Assembly: GCA_951406725.2 (NCBI GenBank)
Contig: OX597816.1
Coordinates: forward strand, 11,532,001 to 11,596,000
DNA from: Octopus vulgaris
Lineage: Eukaryota
DNA length: 64,000 nt
Reading direction: 5' to 3'
Position 1 is the first letter of the stretch. Every line of letters begins with the position of its first letter. Position numbers and translations under genes: made by a program. Positions 13,603 to 25,431 of the stretch are shown here, in pieces. A model generated the notes under the pieces. It did no database searches and was not told the origin of the DNA. It saw only the letters and a list, made by a program, of their open reading frames with translations.

Positions 13603-15766
13603 ACAAACATATCTGTAATATGTTACATGTTTTTCTTACATTTGTTGTACTATTTCTTAATAAACCAGAGATTGAAGTTGCTTAAAAGTACAACCAGCCA
13701 TTACTTGTTAGCGAGTATGGTTTGGGTGATATAAAGCTGTTTCCATGAATTATTAAGGTGTCTAAGTAATGGGAACTTGTTATTTTCAATACTAAGTGGA
13801 AGCAAGAAATTTCAGATACAAATTGATGTTTCAAAACGTTCTGACAGATATTCGTTTATGCTTTGTACCTATATTTCATTTTCATACACCAACAAGGATG
13901 GTTCAAATTATTTGCTCAATCTGCCAGACATAGCAGCCAAATGTGTGTATTTGTGTGAACATATACATATTTTCTTTGCTGTGAGTACTTTTTGTAATTT
14001 GAGATTCATTCCCTCTGCTTATATATCTCACATAAATATAGACATTGATCATAGACCCAACTCATTTCCAGTTTGTTGAGCACTCTCGGTGAATAAACTC
14101 TTCCGTTAGACGAATGAAGACATAGTTTATGAGATTCATGTGCATCCACTTACAGTAGGTATATACGTGTGCATATGTGGGTGAATGAGTATATGTGTGT
14201 ATTACATATACGCACATATGTGTATAATTGCGTATAAGCATGTATGTAATTTTTTTCCCCTTCATCACAAGAAGATGTGATAAATTTCCATTAGAATTCA
14301 GCATTTCACATTCTTTTCTAGTTTGTTTCGTAACATGTTTTCTTTTGCACATGTAATATAGTGCCACACACATATATATGCACTTATCATATTTTGGCAT
14401 TAAAAATATATATCCATATGGCTGTAATGTTTAGTGATGGACATTTTACAGCTCTGCAAACTGAACACATCATTCTGTTGCTCACATATATTTCTATGTG
14501 CATCAGAATGAATAAATGCATAAGATATTAATACCCTTTCTGCATTTATATATATATATATATATATTTTTTTTTTTCTCCTTTTTTTCTTCTCTCTCGC
14601 TCTCTTCGGCGAAGTTTATTCTTAAAAGCTTTCAGCCAGATTATCTAGTTTGAATATGTTATGATTTTATTTTCTCAACCAAACTACAGGCTTCGTATCA
14701 CCTTCTTTCCAGTTACAATAGTTTGCTATAAATATAACACTAATTACGTTGAAACAGTATGATAGCCGGCCGGTATCTTTCTAATCTTAAGACCAAAAAT
14801 TGCTGTAGATGTTCGGAGATAAACAGAAATAGGTTTATTAACATTTCTGTATATACTAAACAGAATGTATTTGTTTGACTTATGTAGATATAAGAGAATT
14901 GGTAATTGAAAAGAAGAGTGAAAATGCTGAGTGGTATTAGAAAAAGCAAAGACAAAATACTACCGAACTGAGATTGAAATCAAACGGTGCAAAACACGGT
15001 CATGTGTTATTACTTAGTCATATGCAAAACTTATAGACCGTCGATTGGTCTCAATGTTAAGCTTTCAGTTGTTCGACCGAGTGAATTCCTTCTATGAAGT
15101 TAAAGTACATTGATTCTAGACAGACATGTGAACATCATCATCATCATCGTTTAACGTCCGTTTTCCATGCTAGCATGGGTTGGATGGTTCGACCGAGGTC
15201 TGGCAAGCCAGGAGGCTGCACCAGGCTCCAGTCTGATCTGGCAGTGTTTCTACAGCTGGATGCTCTTCCTCACGCCAACTACTCCGTGAGTGTAGTGGGT
15301 GTTTTTTACGTGCCATCAGCACAGGGGCCAGAGCAGGCTGGCAAACAGCCACAATCGGTTGGTGCTTTTACGTGTCACTGACACGGAAGCCAGTCAGGCG
15401 GCGCTGGCATCTGCCACGTTCAGACGGTGCATTTTACACGTCACCGGCATGGGTATCTTAACAACACTTAATGCAATTATCAGGACAAGTCTATGGCCTC
15501 AAAATTATGAGTAGAAACCAGAATGAGTCAGACAGACAGAAAAGTCGAATGCGGTATTGGACTATTTCTTTTACTGACTAAAATCATATTGAACACAAAG
15601 TCGATACTAATGATATTTGAACTCAGAATCTTCAGAGCTGAAACATATACTGTGCTCTTATGACTTGGCCAATGAACCACTTGTATACATTTAATATAAA
15701 GCCTTGGCAAACTGGAAACATGCCTGATGTTGAGTGCAACCCAATCCCAAAGACTTAGCTTTCTTG

Positions 15767-15810
<44 letters not shown>

Positions 15811-16011
15811 AAATAAATTTATTAATCCAATTTATATCGAATAGCATTTTATTCATTACAATAAGTAAAGATTACAAAAAAATTTTCCGTTTTCAGAAAT
15901 GACATAAAAAATCGGATTTAGCCCTTTGGCAGCTTGACTGATTTTGGCAGTTTGGTAGGCGGTCAAACAATAAAAAATAAATAGGTCAATAATTATATAT
16001 AAAAAAAAGTA

Positions 16012-16177
16012 AGGCACAGGAGTGGCTGTGTGGTAAGTAGCTTGCTTACCAACCACATGGTTCTGGGTTCAGTCCTACTGCGTGGCACCTTGGGCAAGTG
16101 TCTTCTACAATAACCTCGGGCTGACCAAAGCCTTGTGAGTGGATTTGGTAGACGGAAACTGAAAGATGCCTGTCGTA

Positions 16178-16230
<53 letters not shown>

Positions 16231-16435
16231 TTGTGTGTCTGTGTTTGTCCTCCCAACATCGCTTGACAACCAATGCTGGTGTGTTTACATCCCCATAACT
16301 AGCGGTTCAACAAAAGAGACCGATAGAATAAGTACTAGGCTTACAAAGAATAAGTCCTGGGATCGATTTGCTCCACTAAAGGCGGTGCTCCAGGATGGCC
16401 ACAGTCAAATGTCTGAAACAAGTAGAGAGAGTAAA
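16012..16435 (+). mobile_element. SINE family 1, full length
   Basis: Homology to 4686-5080. Confidence 0.9.
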
Positions 16436-16934
16436 GAATATCCTTTGCATGCAAGCAAGGCGGTCAAAAATGTATATAAGAAATAAATCTCTTTAAGTCT
16501 AGAAATATAAAATATTCTTTTCTACTCTAGGCACAAGACTTGAAATTCTTGGGGAGGTGGGGGAGGCAGTAGATTAAATTGATCCCAGTGTCCAACTGGC
16601 ACTTAATTTATCGACCCCGAAAGGATGAAAGACAAAGACGACCTCAGCGGAATTTGAACCCAGAACGTAAAGACAGATGAAACACCACTAAGCATTTCAC
16701 CTGGCATGCTAACGTTTCTGCCAGCTCATCGCCTTCACCTTGTAAAATATTCTTTTCTACTCTAGGCACAAGACCTGAAATTCTTGGAGAGTGAGGCCAG
16801 TAGATTAGATCGACCCCAGTATGCAACTGGTACTTAATTTATCAACCCTGAAAGGATGAAGGCAAAGACAACCTCGACGGAATTTGAACTCAGAATGTAA
16901 GGACAGACGAAATACCACTAAGCATTTCATTCAC

Positions 16935-17400
16935 CTGGTGTTGGAGAAACATAAGATTTTATGGGACTTTCTTGTTCAAACGGACAAGAAACTAGAATAT
17001 AACAGACCAAGCATAACAATTATAGATAAGGAAAACGAAGTTACTTACTTATCGACCTCTCATGTCTGTTTGATTCCAGGGTTGTAAAGAAAGAGGAAGA
17101 AAAACACACAAAGAAAATACAATCCCTTAAAATTTGAAATAGGAAGAATTTAGAGCATGCAAACAGTAACGGTAGTGCTTATAATAATTGGTGCATTGCG
17201 AAGAGTAAGAAAAGATATAGAGAAATGGCTGAAGAGGATATAAATAGACTACCCGGTAGAGCTCCTACAGAGAGTTTGTCTCTTAGAGACAGCAAGGATT
17301 AAAGACTGCTGGAAACTTGTGGATCCCTAAGGTTACAAGTAGGAGGTTGCCCACTGCCTATATAAATCCTACCAGGAATAAGACAAAACCTGGGCTAAAT
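16935..17400 (+). mobile_element. R4/Dong-like non-LTR retrotransposon 3' fragment (REL endonuclease), decayed
   Basis: KILWDFLVQTDKKLEYNRPSITIIDK...VVLIIIGAL...LLQRVCLLETARI matches the ILWD...RPD...K restriction-like endonuclease region. Confidence 0.75.
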
Positions 17401-17645
17401 CAAGAAATAATAATCCTTTCTCTTACAGGCACAATGCCTGAAATTTTTGGGGAGAGGTACAGTTGATTACGGAGTAATAATAATAATAATAATGATAATA
17501 ATAATAATAATAATAATAATAGTAATAATAATAATAATAACAGAACTTCCAACCTGTTGTCTCTTGAGGTCTCTGGGTGAGACTTGGAGCCAACTTGTAC
17601 AGACATAAAGCAAAAGTCAAACATATGATAATAATAATAATAATA

Positions 17646-18820
17646 ATGGACTCAAACGGAGATTAACCAACTCAATCGCACTACCCAAAAGAAAATGACA
17701 ATGGATAGAGCCCTCCACCCTAAGGGGAATGGTCACAGGCTCTACATGAAGAGGGTGAAAGGTGGATGTAGACTGATTAGCACATGGGGGTGGGGTGCAT
17801 CAACAGTGAAAGAAGAAACATAGCAGAATATTTGGTAAGCAGCAAACAAGACCTGCTCCAGTATTCTGCTAATGCAGAAGGATTTACCAAAAATAGGCTT
17901 GAAAGCACTTTGAATTCTGAACAGCCAACGAGAGAGAAGAAACTCTACTTTGCATGGAATTACATGGTCAGTTCCACCGTGAAACCAACAAATTAAAAGA
18001 CCAGGAAGCATCATGGGGGTGGCTCAACAAGGGTGACCTAAAAAAAGAATACTGAAAGCCTAATCATCGCAGCCCAAGACCAGGCATTGAATACCAACTC
18101 AGTGAAAAGGTATATATACCAAACAAGTGCAACGAACCTGTGCAGAATCTGTGGGAAGAGAGTCAAAAGTGTGATTCACATTGTTAGTACTTGTGAAAAT
18201 CTTGTGCAGAAAGAGTAGAAACATAGACATGACAAGTTAGCATAGAAACTTCACTGGCTACTATGCTGTAAGTATGGATATGAGATTATGGGTACTTGGT
18301 ATCAACATACACCAGAAAAGGTAATGGACGAAAAAGGGAAGGTGAAAACTCTCTGAGGCTTTGACTTCCAGACAGACTAGGTGTTAAAGCACCAAAGGAC
18401 GGATATAATAACCTTTAGGAGGAACAAACCAGAGTGCCTAATAATTGACGTGGTAGTGCCAGGAGATCAACGTGTTATAATGAAAGAAAGAGAAAAGATT
18501 GATAAATATGGAGACTCGAGAATTGAGATTGCCAAGACTCAGCAGCTACGAGAGTCAAACAGAGAGGTTGTCCCTATTGTCATTGGAGCATTGGGTTGAA
18601 AATCACACAAGCTTAAGAAACATCTGGAAACTTTAGAAATATCTTATGATCTAAGTGTATTGCAAAAATCGGCATTTCTTGGAACTGCATGCATATTGTG
18701 TAAAGTACTTTCTGTCTGAGGTCCTTGTTATGACTTGACAAACAGTACAAACCCCCGATAGACACAGTATCTTCAATCAACAACATCACAATATTGGATA
18801 CTGTGCAACATCTTACATAA
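17646..18820 (+). mobile_element. R4/Dong-like non-LTR retrotransposon 3' ~1.2 kb (thumb, CCHC finger, REL), flanked by (TAA)n
   Basis: ALHPK..RLYMKRVKGG, HGQFHRE, TESLIIAAQDQAL, CRICGKRVKSVIHIVSTC, RHD, LIIDVVVPGD..EKIDKY, VVPIVIGALG; several stops and frameshifts. Confidence 0.85.
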
Positions 18821-18858
18821 CAACAACAACAACAATAATAATTATAACAATAATAATA

Positions 18859-19230
18859 ATGAGAACTGTTCTTGCTATTGAAATACAAAAGATGTGGCAT
18901 CTTAATGCGAGAACTGTTCCTGTTATTGTAGGTGCCCTTGGTATGATAAGAAAGGGATGTCAACAACATCTAGATAATATCCCAGGAGAACCATGTCTCG
19001 GAGAAATCCAAAAGATTGTGCTGACATGTACTGTTCACGTCCTTAGAAAAACCCTATCAATTTAAATGCCTGTGTTGTATTATATGAAGATATTTCACTA
19101 CTACCCCTGCCACTTGCCCTCACCAAGCTTTCAGTCATACTGTAACATCTCTTATCCTTCACTTGCCCTAGGATAGTGAGTGTATCTTGGTGAGTGATCA
19201 TAACAAACATGCAAATTAAAAGTAAATAAT
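18859..19230 (+). mobile_element. R4/Dong-like 3' end, third family
   Basis: LAIEIQKMWHLNARTVPVIVGALGMI...EIQKIVL..TVHVLRKTL, inserted in (TAA)n. Confidence 0.75.
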
Positions 19231-19258
19231 AATGGTGGTAGTGATAGTTATAATAATA

Positions 19259-19313
<55 letters not shown>

Positions 19314-19324
19314 CAATGATAATG

Positions 19325-19358
<34 letters not shown>

Positions 19359-19369
19359 CAATGATAATG

Positions 19370-19421
<52 letters not shown>

Positions 19422-20641
19422 TAATAATAATAGGGACCTTTTGAGAGGGATGGTGTACTGAAACTGAAGAAAATTCTAACTGGGCCCCACCTCCAAGGTC
19501 ACGTGCTGTTTATCTCGATATGAGATTACCACGTCGAGAACATATCATTGTGATAGAATATTAAGAAACTTGATCTTAATCTGGGAAAGGATGCTGAGAA
19601 GAAAACATGTTTCTTGGGTGCAGCATGGATGATCTGGAAAATTCTGTGATATGATGTAAGAATAAATCTGAGAAATAGAATAATATTTTTGTTAATATCC
19701 TTTATAATTTCAAAAAACATGGCTGCCATGTAGCTGTCATTGTCATACCTTAACCACCTAAAAATGTCAAGAGAATCTTATTTTTATTCATTTGTTTCAT
19801 TGAAAGGTTTGAAACCATGAAATCTGTTATTTCCCAACAAACTTCAAAACAGAAATCTCTTCTGAAATCTTAAGCTCATAATCTATATTTTGAAGGTGAA
19901 GGTAACATATAATAAATGATGTCTGTTTGACACGTGTACCTGTCAGGTGTTGTATCATTTATTATTGGATTGTGGTATGTGTTTTATTCTTCTCAGAGGA
20001 CGTGTTTCAAAATAGGATTTGGATTAAAGGGAATTGCAATGCATTCTGCGATTCAGCTGACAAAATGATCATGGATTTCTTTGAGTTTTCTAACATAGAT
20101 TTCAAGTAAAGATTCTCAATGAGACAAAAGTTTAACCAATGTGAAAGGTTACCATTGAGAACATTGCTAATCAGATGAGAAATACCACATAACGTTAACC
20201 ACCTTTCACACAAATATAGAATAATGCCAATTAGAAATGGTAAAATATGAGTCCTGTTAGCCCTCTCTGCTACAAATTTATCCACGAAGAAAATATTCAT
20301 GCATCTGTTTCAAAGAATTCCTTATTCAAGCTCTTTTCATGATACATTATTCAACTTACCTTGGTTACAATTACCATTCTCAGGTAACTGTCACATTATT
20401 TTCTCCGTTATTCTTTGAGAGATGTTCCATTCCTTGTACCTTAATTCCCCCTTTTCCAAGAAGTTGACATGGTAATCTATGGCTTGTTTCTTGGCACTTC
20501 ACATCTGTCAATTTCTCAGATCGAAAATCTCACTCATGTGAGTCCTGTATTTAAAACTACCAAATGGAAAATTTACAGTTTACCATTTTATAAATGTTTT
20601 ACACTGTCCTTGTCACTGTTTTCTGTAGTTTGTATAATTAT

Positions 20642-22060
20642 GTTTCTTTATTAGCCACACAGGGCTGAACACAGACGGGACAAATTACAAAGTAGAGCTT
20701 TTTTGTGGGGGGAGAAAAACAAAGTGGGGTAAGTTTTCAATCAAAAGGGATTGTAAAAAGGAAAGAAAAATTTCTTTTTAAATTAAAAAAATTATTGATA
20801 GGGATCGGGTATCACAGTGTCATGATGTAAGGTGTAAAGGGGGAAGCAGATAAGGTTTGTCCGTGGAAAGAAAAGCCTACGGAAAAGACAACGATAACCT
20901 CGGTCAATAATGTCACATGTTAACACATTTATTTGCAAGTAAGTAACTCTCTATTTTAAATTTTTCCGGGTTCATAGGATTATGCTCAAGGTGGCTTCGT
21001 CATTCATACGTGTCATCCTTGCTATATTCACCCACCTTGTTTTGAAACTTCGCTAGACAAAACTTGCCTTTCTACTCTGACTTTCCTTTTCAAGTGATAC
21101 TTGAAGAAGTTGATGAGAGATTGACCAGAGAGGAAAGTGTTTGTTTCCAATCCTTTCAGATGCATCCACCAAATACATTCTTTCGCCATAGCCACAAGCA
21201 TGATGAAAATAGCTCTTCCTTCCCATTTCAAGGAAGGAGGCATGACGATATTGACGAGTTTGTATAATCATGATAATCCGGAAACAATTACGATAGTTGA
21301 GATAACGCTCAGGGTCAGAGGAGAGGGCAGAATCCCTCGTTGCTACAAATGTGGCCAAAAAGGCCACATTAAGGTACGCCATTCTTGTGGTTTGCAGGGC
21401 CACCATCTTTTCTACGTTGATGAGCAGTATGGCAGCTACTAGTCTTGTTACATGAATCTCAGGTGGTATAAGTTCTACCCTAACCCTGGAAGCACGTCCC
21501 CCAAGGTATATGGGTAGAAGTACCACTTCTTCCGTCTTTAAGAGTGTGGCCGACTATAGCCTGGCAGTAGCTACCTCTTGGAACTGCACCTCCATCGTTC
21601 CAAACTTCCTTCCTCTGGTAAGGTAAGAAATCCCTTGCTGGATTGTTTTTAAAACTTTTTCAATATACAGGGTCAACATGATTTCTATTTTCTTGGTTTT
21701 TACAAGTATGTCCTGTATATGATGGTTCTCTCCTTCATTGCTTTTACATCTTCTTGGGGAGGGGAACCTTTACATTGCACCACTCCCTCAAAGCATGTTC
21801 TTATAGTTGCTTAGTTCCAACAGTTCATTTCATTGCTGTAGCGCTTGGCCACTGCAACAAAATTTCTTTTTTTTTCTCCTTTTGTTCCTCCATTACATTC
21901 ACTGCTCTCAGTAGTTCCTCTTCGAAAGACATAAGCTCCTGGGGGAAGGGGTTGATGTTTTCATTCTCCATCCTTAACACCAGTGCTATCGCCTTCAAAG
22001 AAGGGCGTAAGTGTCAACAATCTGCCGTAAGACAGTAAAACGAAGTGTAAAATAAAGTGT
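20642..22060 (-). mobile_element. L1/Tx1-like LINE remnant: ORF1 piece, inverted zinc-knuckle segment, ORF2 C-terminus and 3' UTR
   Basis: Minus strand has ...GRKFGTMEVQF...LPIYLGGRASRVRVELIPPEI (ORF1-like) and AIFIMLVAMAKECIWW...LINFFKYHLKRKVRVER. Plus strand has EGRIPRCYKCGQKGHIK (gag-type knuckle). Confidence 0.55.
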
Positions 22061-22936
22061 TTAAAAAACATGAAACAAACAACAATCAACAACTTTCGAC
22101 TTACTTTTGACAAATGACTTCAACTCTAATCCAAAGGTGTAAAGATATTTCTTTATTACCCATAACGGGTCAACAAAGTGTGATAATACATCACATTTGG
22201 GGACATAAAACAAAGGGAAAAAATAATAAAACGTATGATATAATGTAAAAAATGAAAACGAGAAATGAAAATGGTGTTATTTGCCCCATCAAGTGACATC
22301 ACTTGCTTCCTTTACCTCTGTTCTCTATTATATCAATCCCATGCCGTTTTTTCAGCTCTTTATATTTTATAGACCTCTGTAAGTTCCCTGTGTCATAATC
22401 TACTTTCCACAGCTCATAGTCTCCTTTGTGTCCCTTTATTTCAGTTTGCTGTTCCTTTATTAACAAAACCGTACCTTCTCCTTCAATACTCCCTTCTTTC
22501 TCTACATCATCATAAACTATATTTTCCCAAAGATGTAAAAAATAAAAAAGGGTTAAATTTTTGCTTTTATAATTACATATACAAGACTGGAAGATACCAT
22601 TATTATATTTTATGCAATGTAAAAATAGTCGTGTATTGACGCAATATAGAGTAAATTAATGTGTTATATTTAAAGTATTATTTTAAAATCAGTTTGTTAT
22701 ACATTAGAGGTGTACAGGTTCAAGTTTCAAGAAGACAAATTTCAGGCACTAGTCCAATGGATAATTTATATTATGTGAACATGTGTATAGTCTAAAAATT
22801 AATTCAATTTCTATTTTCTTACAACAATCCTACTATTTTATTATGATGTCACAATAAAGAATACAAGGTATTAATGTGAATCTTACCTTGATGATCCTTT
22901 ATAGTGATGATTCTTTTATAAAACCTATGCCTACAC

Positions 22937-22969
<33 letters not shown>

Positions 22970-22978
<9 letters not shown>

Positions 22979-23023
22979 GGCATTATTACACATAAATTTA
23001 TGTGTAATAATGCCCTCTATATA
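22970..23023. repeat. Perfect 54-bp loopless palindrome abutting (TA)n
   Basis: TATATAGAGGGCATTATTACACATAAA|TTTATGTGTAATAATGCCCTCTATATA. Confidence 0.95.
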
Positions 23024-23128
23024 ATATAAATAAGTATATTCAAGGGAAAAAATTTACAGATTTTTTCTCTTATGAGGTTTTTCACGCTAACTACTTGATA
23101 ATTTCTTATGAAGATTTTCTCCTATTTT

Positions 23129-23189
<61 letters not shown>

Positions 23190-23190
<1 letters not shown>

Positions 23191-23505
23191 AAATTAAGAG
23201 GAATGACCTCTAAAGTGGACACCCTATATGCTAAACATAGACGTCAAATCGGCATTACCACGAAGAATGTGTTCTCAAGAAAAAACCTCAGCAAAACTGC
23301 AAAATGTAAAACTGAGCAAGACAAATGAAAATATACGAAATGAAAAACGTTTTCCATTTCGTATATTATATGGGTGTCCACTTTAGTGGTCATTCCTCTT
23401 AATTTTCTATGTAACACAATTTTTAATCTTCAGATTTTTTAAATATGCTAAGCCAGTGTGGTTTTAATTGATTAATATCAATTTCTACCCTTATTATTTA
23501 ATTAT
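23190..23505. mobile_element. TA-flanked fold-back element; same family as 42185-42432
   Basis: AAAATTAAGAGGAATGACCTCTAAAGTGGACACCC pairs with GGGTGTCCACTTTAGTGGTCATTCCTCTTAATTTT. The tail at 23420-23500 resembles the reverse complement of 42185-42270. Confidence 0.7.
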
Positions 23506-23520
23506 ATATATATATATATA

Positions 23521-24503
<983 letters not shown>

Positions 24504-24534
24504 CACACACATATATATATATATATATATACAT

Positions 24535-24602
<68 letters not shown>

Positions 24603-25275
24603 GTGCATGTGCATGTGTGAGTGTGTATGTTATTTAGACTATAGATACACACAATCACATGTGCATACATTTGTGCAGATATGTAGATATTTAACTCCAG
24701 ATGCGCACACGGGAAATGACATGTTCCATTTGTAATCTTAGATGCCAGTAGAGGTAAAATGGCAAACGGTGTATATTGTTCAGAATACTTAACGAGTAGC
24801 CAACTAATTGCAAAACGCCTACGTTTGATGGCTCATTAGTGAAACAGAATAATAAACTAACCGCAAACATAATTGCGTAGTGAACAAAATATGACCTTTC
24901 CACCCAGCATGATCGCTGCCCCCTCTTTCTCTCTGACATTGCATAAAAGCTATAAACGCAAGGATTATATTTAATATTTATACCCACATCTTCCAAACAA
25001 AATCAAATTTAATTCTATATGGCTTGCTTGAAACCTTTCTGTTTCTATAAGAATACCATTTGTTTTTTTCTTTTTATTTTCTGACCAAAATTGAAGATAG
25101 AAAATGATTTGGTGCAATGTTTCGAATTAACTCATCTGATTAATCATATTTAATTAGACTTCTAACCATTGTCCTTTATTCTTTTATTTGTTTCACTCAT
25201 TTGACTGCGGCCATGCTGGAGCATTGCCTATATATATATATATGTGACCGCGTGTGTACCGTTGGTGATTTTTTT

Positions 25276-25431
25276 TCCTCTGTCTTCCCTTATCTGGATC
25301 TTTCCTTCTATGTTTCCGACGAAGAGCTCCGCTCGAAACATTAAACCCTCTTCTTTCCTTCTTTCCTGAGCGTCCAATAATACTATATTTGTTCCACATC
25401 CTCGTGTTGTTATGTTTTTTGTGCTTTCTTG
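25276..25431 (+). repeat. 5' pseudo-LTR of the PLE
   Basis: Direct repeat of 30338-30505 (TCCTCTGTCTTCCCT...GTTTCCGACGAAGAGCTCCGCTCGAAAC...CTTTCCTGAG..CAATAATACT...TTGTTCCAC). Confidence 0.85.
25312..25346 (+). ncRNA. Minimal hammerhead motif in the 5' pLTR
   Basis: GTTT-CCGACGA-A-GAGC-TCC-GCTC-GAAAC-ATT-AAAC; U4>C variant, helix III palindrome broken (ACAT). Confidence 0.65.
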
